From: Bacillota bacterium
Lineage (GTDB): Bacteria > Bacillota > Clostridia > Clostridiales > Clostridiaceae
Length of the DNA: 64,000 bases
NCBI GenBank assembly: GCA_021781745.1
Contig: JAJXWH010000008.1
Span: 26,781 to 90,780 of the forward strand
Direction of reading: 5' to 3'
Position numbers and translations under genes: made by a program. How positions within the stretch are numbered: position 1 is the stretch's first letter; the number at the start of each line of letters is the position of its first letter. The notes beneath the pieces are model-generated. The model made no database searches. It saw nothing but the letters and a program-made list of their open reading frames with translations, and was not told the DNA's origin. Positions 19,551 through 29,779 of this stretch are shown here, piece by piece.

Positions 19551-19590
19551 AGGTGTCTTAAGTGATTGTAATCATCTAGGGCACCTTATT
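19551..19590. terminator. Probable bidirectional terminator
   Basis: AAGGTGTCTTA...TAGGGCACCTT between convergent genes. Confidence 0.55.
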
Positions 19591-19620
19591 CTATTAAATA
19601 TAATAAATTGTAGTATAAAT

Positions 19621-20511
19621 TTAATTATTAATACAAGTATCGTCTTTATTGATCTTAAATTCATCTAATTTTTTCCCTTTTAAACTAATTGCGCACACCT
19701 TAATATAATCTGCTTCAATATCAACAACTAAAAAATGATGCACAGCAATAGGTGCAATAGCAATTCCTTCATTACTTTTATATTTATCTCTAAGCGTTTC
19801 ACCGCCCCCTCCTGAAATTATTTGGGTAATACTCCGTTTATAATAATTTTTTTCAGGGCTAAAAGAGTCATCTATAATTCTTCTTGAATAATTATGCTCA
19901 TGTCCACTAAAAACAATATCTATGCCGCATTCATCTACAATCTTCCAAAAAGCATCTCTATTTTCAGGATATAAATCTAGGCAGTGCCCAAGATGAGCGC
20001 CTGTTGGAAATGCTGGGGAATGAATAAAAACCAGTTTGTTTCTCTTAAATGCAGATGCTTTTTCCTTAAACCAATTAAGTTGGGCATCACTAATTCTATG
20101 AGTTGATCCATAGTGAAAGGAATTTAATATTATTAGCCTAGTATCCCCAATATCTAGATAATAAACGGTATTATTATAGTGCTCAAGAGGGGATTGTGTG
20201 CTTAAATTGCTATATGCCATACTAAGGATTTTTTCATATCTATCATCTATGGGTTCAATATTAACTTCGTGGTTACCTACCACTGGAATTAAAGGTGTAT
20301 TTGGATGGTATTTATAAATTATACTTTGCAATCTATTTAGCTGAGATAATAGTATTTCTTCTTTAGAGTGTCCAGCAACAGTATCACCGCACATTACAAT
20401 AAATTGTGGGAGAGGATTAAGCTTACATGTCTCACTCATTAATGCATTTAGTACTTTTTCATTTATACCATTTTTTTTACCTTTTGAATCACCGAAAACT
20501 ACAAATCTCAT
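19621..20511 (-). CDS. Calcineurin-like metallophosphoesterase
   Basis: FGDSK, CGDTV, VGNHE, FIH, SGHEHNY. ATG 20511 follows GAGAGGA. Confidence 0.88.
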   Translation of the reverse strand: MRFVVFGDSKGKKNGINEKVLNALMSETCKLNPLPQFIVMCGDTVAGHSKEEILLSQLNRLQSIIYKYHPNTPLIPVVGNHEVNIEPIDDRYEKILSMAYSNLSTQSPLEHYNNTVYYLDIGDTRLIILNSFHYGSTHRISDAQLNWFKEKASAFKRNKLVFIHSPAFPTGAHLGHCLDLYPENRDAFWKIVDECGIDIVFSGHEHNYSRRIIDDSFSPEKNYYKRSITQIISGGGGETLRDKYKSNEGIAIAPIAVHHFLVVDIEADYIKVCAISLKGKKLDEFKINKDDTCINN

Positions 20512-20552
20512 TTTTTCTCCTCTCAAAAATATTTCACTTACTATATAAAAAA

Positions 20553-21170
20553 TTATTTAATATATTTTAGCCATTCAGCATAAAGTTCAGGATTACTATC
20601 TTTGACAAAGTTAAAAAATTGTTTTTTGTATCCTAACTTGGCTAAACACTGAATAATTAGAGTTGGGTATATACTTGATTTTTTCATAGCTCGCGCAGTA
20701 TCTATAAGTTTAATTTCACCTAATGGTGTTAGAAAAATATGAAATGGCGCAGCATCTAATCGTGTATAGCCTACAAAATTCATAGCTTTGTAAAGCTCCA
20801 TAATTTTATTGGAAATGTTTTGCGTTAAAGGGTGACTTGATAAGTACTTATCTAATTCAATTCCATCAATACATTCTCTTATAATATAATCTTCACCAAA
20901 TGAATAAAGCCTAGGAAAATGTGAATCCTTTTGAGCTATGGCTAAAGTTTCGATTTCATCTGCACATATTTCTTTTCTTTTAAAAATTTTTATACATTTT
21001 TCTGAATTAATTTTATAAACTTTGCCCTGAGTACCTGCTCCTAAAAATTCTAGATCCTTTATATTTAAACCTGAATATAGCTTAATAATAATCACCACTA
21101 ATAAATTCATATCACTACAGTATATGAAAGTATGCTTTTTTGGACATATAAAATAGAGAAAGTTAATCAA
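20553..21170 (-). CDS. Protein-kinase-like protein (short, YrzF/RIO-like); start uncertain
   Basis: Gly loop LGAGTQGKVY, IKIF lysine, degenerate catalytic loop RLDAAPFHI, IKLIDT. Confidence 0.75.
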   Translation of the reverse strand: MINFLYFICPKKHTFIYCSDMNLLVVIIIKLYSGLNIKDLEFLGAGTQGKVYKINSEKCIKIFKRKEICADEIETLAIAQKDSHFPRLYSFGEDYIIRECIDGIELDKYLSSHPLTQNISNKIMELYKAMNFVGYTRLDAAPFHIFLTPLGEIKLIDTARAMKKSSIYPTLIIQCLAKLGYKKQFFNFVKDSNPELYAEWLKYIK

Positions 21171-21254
21171 CTTTCATGTGAAAATATGTAAAGAATTTTA
21201 CAAAATCAGAACGATGAAATCGATGAAGCGGGAAAATTTATACAATTTGAATAA

Positions 21255-21268
21255 AAACACGAACAATA
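21255..21268 (+). promoter_or_regulatory. Possible PurR box
   Basis: AAACACGAACAATA resembles the B. subtilis PurBox and lies upstream of TTGATT-17-TACATT (21313-21341) and a purine permease. Confidence 0.35.
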
Positions 21269-21471
21269 AATTGTGAAAAAATAAAAAAATACAGAAAATA
21301 ATTAAAATAGTATTGATTTATGAAGGAAAGTATTGTACATTAAGTATGTAAAATAAAGAGCTATATATTGCAGAATCAGTACTGTATGTTATTTTTGTAT
21401 TGTTATCATTAAGATAGTGGTATGTAAAAAGAGATTAATGTACTAGTATGCCATATATAAATAATGAAATT

Positions 21472-21543
21472 TTACCCGTATATGCTTAGAAATAAGGTCT
21501 AAGCGTCTCTACCGGACTACCGTAAATTGTCTGACTATGGGTG
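21472..21543 (+). ncRNA. Purine riboswitch aptamer, guanine-type (C74)
   Basis: P1 ACCCGUA/UAUGGGU; P2 GCUUAGA/UCUAAGC with loop ending GG; J2/3 UCUCUAC; L3 CCGUAAA; GAC-UAU discriminator C. Confidence 0.95.
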
Positions 21544-21565
21544 TTTATAAGTATTTTGATAGCTT

Positions 21566-21603
21566 ATAAGCCCCTTTGCAAAAAACAAAGGGGCTTTATA
21601 GTT
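21566..21603 (+). terminator. Riboswitch expression-platform terminator
   Basis: AAGCCCCTTTG-CAAAAAA-CAAAGGGGCTT followed by a U-rich tail. Confidence 0.85.
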
Positions 21604-21733
21604 TGTTGAATATTTATAAATTCTTGTTATTATCTTTTATATTTTTTTCAATGTTAGTGCATCCTACTAACAAGGATATTATTTTGGAGTGGCAGTGTCT
21701 ATTTGTGTAGCTCGAAAATAGGAGGAATTTATA

Positions 21734-23071
21734 TTGGACAATGTATCAAAAAAAACGGTAAAAACAATGGAGGAGAACGGTATGTTAGAAAAATTATTTC
21801 ATTTATCAAAAAACAATACAACTGTTAAGACAGAAATATTAGCTGGTATTACAACTTTTTTAACTATGGCATATATTTTAGTGGTTAATCCAGGTATTTT
21901 AAGTCAATCAGGGATGGATAAATCGGCAGTATTTACAGCAACAGCTTTAGCTTCTTGTATTGGAACTTTAATTATGGCTTTTGTTGCAAATTATCCATTT
22001 GGTATGGCACCAGGAATGGGGTTAAATGCTCTTTTCACATTTACAATTTGTTTAACAATGAAGTTTTCATGGCAAACAGCATTAGCGGCTTCATTAATAG
22101 AAGGACTTATATTTTTAGCGCTTAATTTATTTAAAGTTAGGCAGGCAATTATTGATAGTGTTCCACAAACTTTAAAATATGCGATCAGCATAGGTATTGG
22201 ATTTTTTATAGCTTTTATCGGATTACAAGATTCAGGTATAATTGTAGCTAATCAAGCTACATTAGTTGGTTTAGCTAGTTTAAAGAGTGTAACAGTTTTG
22301 TTAGCATTCTTTGGAGTAGTATTAATTGCAGTATTATATCACAAGAATGTAAAAGGATCATTTATTATAGGTATGCTTGTTGTATATGTACTTGGTATAA
22401 TATTTGGAGTGGCTCAGTTACCAAGCGGAATAGTATCTATGCCTCCATCGGTTGCACCAGTATTTATGCAATTTGATTTTAAGAGCGCTATGGTAATAGG
22501 AATAATTCCAGCTATTATGACTATGTTATTTATAGATATATTTGATAGTATTGGTACTTTAATTGGTTTAGCTTCAAAAGCTGGATACTTAGATGAAAAA
22601 GGTAATGTTCTTAATGCAGATAAAGTTTTAACAGCAGATGCTGTTGGATCAACAATAGGTGCTTGTTTAGGAACTTCTACACCAGTTGCATTTATTGAAT
22701 CAGCTTCAGGTATTGCTGAAGGTGGAAGAACTGGTTTAGCTGGGTTAACAATAGCTGCATTATTCTTCTTATCATTATTCTTTTCACCAATATTAACTGT
22801 TATTCCTGGTTTTGCATCAGGTCCAGTTCTAATTGTTTTAGGATTACTAATGATGGAACCAATAACAAAGATTGATTTTTCAGATTTTACTGAAGGATTA
22901 CCTGTATTCCTTACTTTAATATTAACACTTTTAACATATTCAATTACAGATGGTTTAGCATTTGGATTTATATCATATGTGTTAATAAAAATATTTACAG
23001 GTAAATCAAAAGAGGTTCCTGTTTCAATGTATGTTATTTCAGTATTATTTATAGTAATGTTTGCTATTTAA
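21734..23071 (+). CDS. NCS2/AzgA-family guanine/hypoxanthine permease
   Basis: TEILAGITTFLTMAYI, APGMGLNA, IESASG, GGRTGL. Two SD-backed starts (TTG 21734, ATG 21782). Confidence 0.93.
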   Translation: MDNVSKKTVKTMEENGMLEKLFHLSKNNTTVKTEILAGITTFLTMAYILVVNPGILSQSGMDKSAVFTATALASCIGTLIMAFVANYPFGMAPGMGLNALFTFTICLTMKFSWQTALAASLIEGLIFLALNLFKVRQAIIDSVPQTLKYAISIGIGFFIAFIGLQDSGIIVANQATLVGLASLKSVTVLLAFFGVVLIAVLYHKNVKGSFIIGMLVVYVLGIIFGVAQLPSGIVSMPPSVAPVFMQFDFKSAMVIGIIPAIMTMLFIDIFDSIGTLIGLASKAGYLDEKGNVLNADKVLTADAVGSTIGACLGTSTPVAFIESASGIAEGGRTGLAGLTIAALFFLSLFFSPILTVIPGFASGPVLIVLGLLMMEPITKIDFSDFTEGLPVFLTLILTLLTYSITDGLAFGFISYVLIKIFTGKSKEVPVSMYVISVLFIVMFAI

Positions 23072-23082
23072 TATAACTTATA

Positions 23083-23129
23083 AAAAATGCTTCAAAGTGA
23101 AAGAAAATCACTTTGGAGTATTTTTTTAT
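23083..23129 (+). terminator. Intrinsic terminator
   Basis: ATGCTTCAAAGTGA / TCACTTTGGAGTAT followed by T7. Confidence 0.8.
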
Positions 23130-23234
23130 ATACAAAATTATATTAGATGGTTTGAAAGCTATTCTATTAGGAAATTATAATAAAGAATAGTATAATTATT
23201 GTATGAATAACATGGAAAGGTAGGAAATATTAAT

Positions 23235-24461
23235 ATGAATATGGAAATGCTAAAAAAGTATGCACAGCTTATAATCAAAACTGGAATTAATCTGCAAGAT
23301 AAGCAGCAGCTGCTTATAAGTTCACCAATAGAGTGTGCAGATTTCGCTAGAATAATGGCAGAGAAGGCTTATGAAGCAGGAGCTATTAATGTTATAGTAG
23401 ACTATAATGATGAGGAGCTTTCTTTAATAAAATACAATAAGGCTCCTATGGAGAGTTTTGAAAAAGAACCAACTTATGCAGCGTTATCAAGGGAACAGCT
23501 TATAAAAGAAAAAACAGCATTTATAAGTATATCTGCAAGAGATCCTGAGCTTTTAAGCAAAGTTGACCCAATTAAGATTTCGACTTTGGCTAAAACATCA
23601 AGCAAGGCTATGAAAACAGTCAGTACTTCAATGATGAGTAACGAAGTTCAATGGTGCGTTGTTTCAATACCTACAAAGGGATGGGCAAAAAAAGTATTTC
23701 CTGATGTATCTGAAACAGAAGCTGTAGAAAAACTTTGGGATTCAATCTTTAGTATAGTAAGAGTAGATAAGGAATCACCCGTTTCTGCATGGAATGAACA
23801 CTTAACAAATTTAAAGAATAGAAGAGAATATTTGAATGAAAAGAATTTCAAATATCTTTATTATAAATCTGAAGGTACTGATTTAACTATAGAACTTCCT
23901 GAAGGTCATTTATGGTTAAGTGGTGAGGAATATAGTAAAGATGGTATTAAGTTTGTAGCTAATATGCCTACGGAAGAGGTGTTCACACTTCCTAAGAGAG
24001 ATGGAGTAAATGGTTTTGTTACTAGTAAAAAACCACTAAATTACGGTGGCAATGTAATAGATAATTTTAAGTTAACATTTAAAGATGGAAAGATAATTGA
24101 TTTTAGTGCAGAAAAAGGAGAGGAAATATTAAAAGGGCTTTTAGATACTGATGAAGGTGCAAGATACTTAGGTGAAGTTGCCTTAGTTGGATATAATTCA
24201 CCTATATCAAATTCAGGACTAATATTTTATAATACATTATTTGATGAAAATGCCTCTTGTCATTTAGCCTTCGGTAAGGCATATCCAAGCTGCTTGAAAG
24301 ATAGCGAGAATATGTCAGAGGAAGAGCTTAAAGAAAATGGTGTTAATGATTCATTGACGCACGTTGATTTTATGATAGGATGTGCAGAACTTGAAATAAT
24401 AGGTGAAACTGCTGATGGAGAAATAATTCCAGTATTTAAAAATGGTGATTGGATAATATAA
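23235..24461 (+). CDS. pepS: M29 aminopeptidase (AmpS/PepS)
   Basis: ANMPTEEVFT, GEVALV, FDENASCHLAFG, SLTHVDFMIG. Confidence 0.92.
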   Translation: MNMEMLKKYAQLIIKTGINLQDKQQLLISSPIECADFARIMAEKAYEAGAINVIVDYNDEELSLIKYNKAPMESFEKEPTYAALSREQLIKEKTAFISISARDPELLSKVDPIKISTLAKTSSKAMKTVSTSMMSNEVQWCVVSIPTKGWAKKVFPDVSETEAVEKLWDSIFSIVRVDKESPVSAWNEHLTNLKNRREYLNEKNFKYLYYKSEGTDLTIELPEGHLWLSGEEYSKDGIKFVANMPTEEVFTLPKRDGVNGFVTSKKPLNYGGNVIDNFKLTFKDGKIIDFSAEKGEEILKGLLDTDEGARYLGEVALVGYNSPISNSGLIFYNTLFDENASCHLAFGKAYPSCLKDSENMSEEELKENGVNDSLTHVDFMIGCAELEIIGETADGEIIPVFKNGDWII

Positions 24462-24487
24462 ATAAATTATAAGTTATAAGATAAAAC

Positions 24488-24535
24488 AAGACTGTTAAAC
24501 ATCAATAAACTAGTAGATGTTTAACAGTCTTTTTT
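24488..24535 (+). terminator. Intrinsic terminator
   Basis: AAGACTGTTAAACATC / GATGTTTAACAGTCTT followed by a T tract. Confidence 0.85.
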
Positions 24536-24723
24536 ATAATTAATAATAAAAAAGAGCATAAAAAATATCATTGACTTCCAATGTAGCCGATGATAAAATT
24601 AATACTTATAGAGAAGATGTTTCGGTAAATCTATATATAATAATCATATCATGTTTTGGTAAGGAAGTCAATATTAAAAATGAAAAAAAGTTTTGGAAGG
24701 TGATATTTTTGGAGAATTATCTT

Positions 24724-25191
24724 ATGTCTATTTCTAATTCAATAATAGGGAAGCAAACTTTTGAAGAAATTTTGGAATGTAATGAAAGTACTTTAGAATA
24801 TGGACTAAAGCTTCGAGAAGAAGATGTAAAGGAAATTATTCAAGTAAGAAGTGAGGCTTTAAGTAAAAATGGGAGAGTAGAGTTTGGTGGAGAAATAATT
24901 AAACAAATAATTACTACTTTTTGCGATTCGCCATATATTTCCCAATATAATTATGTAGAAATAATGGAAGAACTAATTGAAACCTTTTATTACTTTAAGA
25001 ATGAAACAATGGAAGAAATAGGCGATAATGATTTAATTAATTTAATGAAAAATTATTTTGATAATCAGTGTCAGGGATCAGTAGAACTACTTAGATATAA
25101 GTATCTAGATAATATAGCCCATAATATTAAGTATGGTATAAAAGATTATTTAAATGTAGATGGGGATGAAGAAGACTATGATTATGAATAA
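24724..25191 (+). CDS. DUF6323-like protein; start uncertain (24709 or 24724)
   Basis: YGLKL..GRVEFG..IITTFCDSPYI..YYFKNE pattern; promoter TTGACT-17-TAAAAT at 24571-24599. Confidence 0.7.
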   Translation: MSISNSIIGKQTFEEILECNESTLEYGLKLREEDVKEIIQVRSEALSKNGRVEFGGEIIKQIITTFCDSPYISQYNYVEIMEELIETFYYFKNETMEEIGDNDLINLMKNYFDNQCQGSVELLRYKYLDNIAHNIKYGIKDYLNVDGDEEDYDYE

Positions 25192-26551
25192 TAATATAAT
25201 AAACAAAGAAGAGAATATGGAGAATTTATTAAGTAAGGAACATTTTTTTCAATCTTTGTTGCAGGTACTTTACTACAATGATTATTTAAATAAGGCAGAA
25301 ATTGAAGGGATTCAATTTCAAATATTAGATATTTTAAAGGAGAATGTTAATTATTATACAAAAGCTGAGAGTTGTTCTGTTAAGGTTGAAGTAGCAGAGC
25401 AGCTCATATTGTCTATCTATTATACAATAGGAATTTATTTAAAGAGCAAATCAATTATGAGAGAACGTATAAAATTAATTAAAGAAAATAAAATGAAGGA
25501 GCTGTTTTTAAAGGGAGAAAAACTTTTAAGAATTAAAGTAGAAGAAGGTAAAAGATTATTAGAGCATGTTCAAAAAACAAAATTAAAAACAGGAAATATT
25601 GCATATCTTGATACTATTGATTATGGCATTCCCCCATTTTTTAAAGAGTATGATATTAGATTTTCCAGTCACGAAGCGCCAGGATCTATAGATTATCCAT
25701 TAGCTATTGATGAAATGGATTTGGTGGGGATTGAATATATATTAGAGTATTTAACTAAGCTGAATTATGAAAATATGTTCTGTTCAAATTTTGATAACGA
25801 AGAAATTCAATTTCTATTAAAAGGCTATGATAAAAACTGTGATCATCTTCTTATAAACATTTTTGAATTAGTATTAACTAATTATTTAGGATGTGTCCTT
25901 ATAGGAAAAGAGGGAAGAAGTTTAAATATAACTGAAATTGATAGATATTATCTTAGAAACAAAATGGAAAATCTCTGTGAAGACGAGTTGAATATAGAGA
26001 TAGGATTGGTAGCTAAAAGAATTTGTGATAATTTTTCTATTGAACATAGTTCCTTTGTTAATTATGTAAGTAGAACTGCTATTAAGATTATGCCAGAAAT
26101 TAAAAGGAATATAGTTATTGATAAATTAGAGAAGACTTTTATTACACTAGATAAGTCAAGTGATAACTATATTGAATATGAAGATGGCAAAAGCATGGAT
26201 AATAGTAAATTTAAGATTATAACGGAGGAAATTAGAGCTTGTAGCGAAGTAGAAGATAAGATAAGAATTATAAAAAGTGAGATTTGCAGCTTAAAAGATT
26301 TAGCAGATGTATTGGGGGCTGATTGTATTTTTGGAGATGAATTTTTTGAAATATTTAGAACTTTGAATGAGCTTGACATAACCTTGCTCCTAAAGTATTT
26401 GTCAAATAATCTGAATACTGAAATTGACTATGGGACTGAAAGTGAAAAAGAGTGGAAAGAGGAATTTAAAAAATATTTAAATAGTTTTGATGCAACTCAA
26501 AAAATAAAGCTTATTAGGGCAGCAGAAGGAATAAGCATTCAAGAGTTATAA
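25184..26551 (+). CDS. DUF6179-like helical protein; start uncertain
   Basis: FFKEYDIRFSSHE..IDYPL..GIEYI..YL..EN..FC pattern; overlaps the upstream stop. Confidence 0.7.
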   Translation: MNNNIINKEENMENLLSKEHFFQSLLQVLYYNDYLNKAEIEGIQFQILDILKENVNYYTKAESCSVKVEVAEQLILSIYYTIGIYLKSKSIMRERIKLIKENKMKELFLKGEKLLRIKVEEGKRLLEHVQKTKLKTGNIAYLDTIDYGIPPFFKEYDIRFSSHEAPGSIDYPLAIDEMDLVGIEYILEYLTKLNYENMFCSNFDNEEIQFLLKGYDKNCDHLLINIFELVLTNYLGCVLIGKEGRSLNITEIDRYYLRNKMENLCEDELNIEIGLVAKRICDNFSIEHSSFVNYVSRTAIKIMPEIKRNIVIDKLEKTFITLDKSSDNYIEYEDGKSMDNSKFKIITEEIRACSEVEDKIRIIKSEICSLKDLADVLGADCIFGDEFFEIFRTLNELDITLLLKYLSNNLNTEIDYGTESEKEWKEEFKKYLNSFDATQKIKLIRAAEGISIQEL

Positions 26552-26722
26552 AAGCATACGAATAACCGTAATAAGTTAGGAAGTAATATTAAAATTATTT
26601 TAATAACTTGACGTGAGAAAGTATTTCCAATAAGATTATTTTATATACAGAAAATTGGGTTAATAATGCTTTACGCTAATTTAAAATAATAGATAAGTAT
26701 AGTTAGCTATGGAGGTTGTACA

Positions 26723-27775
26723 ATGAGCAATGTGTATTTTAAAGCCGTAGATTCTTATTCTAAAACTGAGGAAATAAGTGATGCTGCCAGTGAACTTTTA
26801 AAAGAATTAGTGGAAAAGGAAAATATAAGTCTTGAAAGTTTTATACCACTTAAAGTGCATTTTGGAGAAAAAGGAAATAAGACTTTTATAAAATCAGAAA
26901 ATTATGCAGGGGTAATAAATTATTTAAAGGAAAAAAATATAGAAAGTGCTTTCATTGAGACAAATGTTCTTTATAGAGGGGAAAGGACTACAAGGGAAAA
27001 ACATATTAATTTAGCTAAGGAGCATGGTTTTACTGAGCTTCCTATAATAATTGCTGATGGCGAACATGGAGAAGAATTTGAAGACGTTGAAATCAATAAA
27101 AAGCATTTTAACAAATGTAAAATAGGAAAAGAAATTGCAAATAAAAAGCAATTAATTATTATGAGCCATTTTAAAGGGCACGCCCTTGCAGGATTTGGAG
27201 GAGCTATAAAGCAGCTTGGCATGGGGTGTGCATCAAGAGGTGGAAAGCTTGCTCAGCATGCAAATTCTATACCAAAGATAAGCTCGTTAAAATGTAAGGC
27301 CTGTAATGCCTGTGCAAAAAAATGTCCAGAAGGTGCAATAACTGTAGAGAGAAAAGCAAAGATTGATAAAGATAAGTGTATTGGATGCGCTTCTTGTATG
27401 GCCATATGTCCCCATAAAGCTATATCTAATAGCTGGCTTGCGTCAATTTCTAAATCTTTTAATGAAAGACTTTCAGAGTATGCATATGGAGCTGCAAAGG
27501 ATAAAAACAATATTTATATAACATTTGCATTTAATATAACAAGAAATTGTGATTGTGAAGGTCATAGTATGAAGCCCATAGTAGATGATGTTGGCGTTTT
27601 TGCTTCAACGGATCCAGTGGCTATTGATAAAGCTTGTCTTGATGTTATTGATAGAAATAATAATAAAACTGTATTTAGAAGAGGAAGAGCTACTCTTGAT
27701 TATGCTGAAAAAATTGGATTAGGAAGTACGGAATATGAACTTATAGAAATAAATCCAAGAAGATTTATACATTAA
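26723..27775 (+). CDS. DUF362 iron-sulfur protein with 2x[4Fe-4S] ferredoxin domain
   Basis: KVHFGE, SHFKGH..GFGGAIKQLGMG, CKACNACAKKCP, CIGCASCMAICP, CDC. Confidence 0.88.
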   Translation: MSNVYFKAVDSYSKTEEISDAASELLKELVEKENISLESFIPLKVHFGEKGNKTFIKSENYAGVINYLKEKNIESAFIETNVLYRGERTTREKHINLAKEHGFTELPIIIADGEHGEEFEDVEINKKHFNKCKIGKEIANKKQLIIMSHFKGHALAGFGGAIKQLGMGCASRGGKLAQHANSIPKISSLKCKACNACAKKCPEGAITVERKAKIDKDKCIGCASCMAICPHKAISNSWLASISKSFNERLSEYAYGAAKDKNNIYITFAFNITRNCDCEGHSMKPIVDDVGVFASTDPVAIDKACLDVIDRNNNKTVFRRGRATLDYAEKIGLGSTEYELIEINPRRFIH

Positions 27776-27803
27776 TTTTTATAAAATATATAAAAATAGA
27801 AGA

Positions 27804-27837
27804 AAACCCTAGAAGTTTAGTAAAACTCCTAGGGTTA
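27804..27837. terminator. Bidirectional terminator
   Basis: AACCCTAG...CTAGGGTT between convergent genes. Confidence 0.6.
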
Positions 27838-27841
27838 TTAT

Positions 27842-29779
27842 CTATACTGCTTTATTATCTAAGCTTGCACCTGTAAATTGACTGTTATAAAGGTCTGAAT
27901 AAAAGCCTTTCTTAGCAAGAAGTTCATTATGGTTACCCATTTCAATAATACTTCCTTTATTCATAACTAAAATTAATTCTGCATCTCTAATAGTTGAAAG
28001 TCTATGAGCAATTACAAAACTTGTTCTATTTTTCATAAGTTCTGTCATAGCCTTTTGTATATAAATTTCAGTTCTAGAATCAACACTGCTTGTAGCTTCA
28101 TCAAGTATCATAATAGTTGGATTTGCAAGTATTGCCCTAGCAATTGTAAGTAACTGCTTTTGTCCTTGAGAGATATTTGTAGCTTCTTCATTTAAAACTG
28201 TATTGTATCCGTCAGGAAGAGTCTTAATAAAATGATGAGCATGAGCAGCTTTAGCAGCTTGAATAACTTCTTCCTTTGTCGAACCTTCCTTGCCATAGGC
28301 AATATTATCAAATATTGTGCCGTTAAATAACCAAGTATCTTGGAGTACCATACCAAACATATTGTGTAGTTCTCCACGATTAATATCTCTGAGATCAACA
28401 CCATCAATTGTTATAGAACCTGAACCTATTTCATAAAAACGCATTAGCAGGTTAACTAGTGTAGTTTTTCCGGCCCCTGTTGGTCCAACAATAGCAATTG
28501 TATGACCTTGTCTAACATCAATATTCATGTTTTTAATAAGAGGTTCCTCAGCTTTATAGCTAAAATCAACATTTTCAAATTTAACTTCTCCTTTAGGAGA
28601 TACAATAACTTTAGCGTCTTTAGTGTCAGGTATCTCTTCAGTTTCATCTAGTAATTCAAAGATACGTTCCGCTGAAGCTACTGTTGATTGAATTATATTT
28701 GCAATATTTGCTGTTTGAACTATTGGCTGTGTAAATTGGTTAGAGTATTGAATAAAGGCTTGAATATCACCAATGGTAACTTTACCTTCTATTGCTAAGT
28801 AACCGCCAACAACACAAACTATCACGTAGCCTATATTACTCACAAATCTCATCATGGGCATGATTATTCCTGAAATAAATTGTGCTTTCCATCCAGCATG
28901 ATATAATCTATTATTAATATTTTTAAAGTGTTCAATAGAGTCACGTTCATGACCAAAAGATTTAACAATTTTGTGGCCTGTATACATTTCTTCAACATGA
29001 CCATTAAGTTCACCAATTTCTTTTTGTTGAGCTGCAAAATATTTTTGAGAACGTTTGGCAATGAAAGATGTTACCCCAATATATAATGGCAATGTCAATA
29101 GTACAACTAATGTCATTAGTGGGCTTATTGTTAACATCATTATAATGATACCAACAATAGTAACGATAGAAGTAATAAGCTGTGTAAGGCTTTGCTGTAG
29201 TGTAGTAGCTATATTATCGACATCATTTGTTACACGGCTTAGAATCTCGCCATGAGTTCTTGAATCAAAGAACTTAAGTGGTAAACGCGAAAGTTTATCT
29301 TCAACATCTTTACGAAGATTATACACGGTTTTTTGTGCAACTCCAGCCATAATATATTGTTGAAGAAATCCAAAAAGCGTGCTTACTAAATACAATCCAA
29401 GTAATTGTAAAAGTGTGTTTGCTATATAAGGAAAATCTATACTAGGGATTGGAATATTAGCAGCTTTTCCTGCTTTAAGTAAAGCTTGATTTTGTCCCAT
29501 AGCAGTAAACTTTGCAACCATGCCTTCAGCCAATCTAGTTGTTGCCCATCCAGAAACCATAGGACCAACTATACTAAAAATAGTACTTAAGATTGCAAAT
29601 ATAAAAACTAAAATAAAATTGACTCTTTGGGGTTTTAAATAACTTAAAAGTCTTTTTAGAGTACCTTTGAAGTCTTTTGCTTTGGCTACCGGCCCACCTG
29701 CAAATGAACCCATTGGCCCACCGCCTCGATGTCCCATTCCGCCGCCCATTTGTCTACTGGTGTTTCTGTTTTCACTCAT
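27842..29779 (-). CDS. Heterodimeric ABC exporter subunit (TMD-NBD), consensus Walker B
   Basis: GPTGAGKT, ISQGQKQ, ILDEATS. Confidence 0.95.
   Translation of the reverse strand: MSENRNTSRQMGGGMGHRGGGPMGSFAGGPVAKAKDFKGTLKRLLSYLKPQRVNFILVFIFAILSTIFSIVGPMVSGWATTRLAEGMVAKFTAMGQNQALLKAGKAANIPIPSIDFPYIANTLLQLLGLYLVSTLFGFLQQYIMAGVAQKTVYNLRKDVEDKLSRLPLKFFDSRTHGEILSRVTNDVDNIATTLQQSLTQLITSIVTIVGIIIMMLTISPLMTLVVLLTLPLYIGVTSFIAKRSQKYFAAQQKEIGELNGHVEEMYTGHKIVKSFGHERDSIEHFKNINNRLYHAGWKAQFISGIIMPMMRFVSNIGYVIVCVVGGYLAIEGKVTIGDIQAFIQYSNQFTQPIVQTANIANIIQSTVASAERIFELLDETEEIPDTKDAKVIVSPKGEVKFENVDFSYKAEEPLIKNMNIDVRQGHTIAIVGPTGAGKTTLVNLLMRFYEIGSGSITIDGVDLRDINRGELHNMFGMVLQDTWLFNGTIFDNIAYGKEGSTKEEVIQAAKAAHAHHFIKTLPDGYNTVLNEEATNISQGQKQLLTIARAILANPTIMILDEATSSVDSRTEIYIQKAMTELMKNRTSFVIAHRLSTIRDAELILVMNKGSIIEMGNHNELLAKKGFYSDLYNSQFTGASLDNKAV

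Noticed and set aside
24585-24592. GCCGATGA as a SigD -10 element
   Set aside because: No TAAA at the right spacing; it falls in the spacer of a better SigA promoter.
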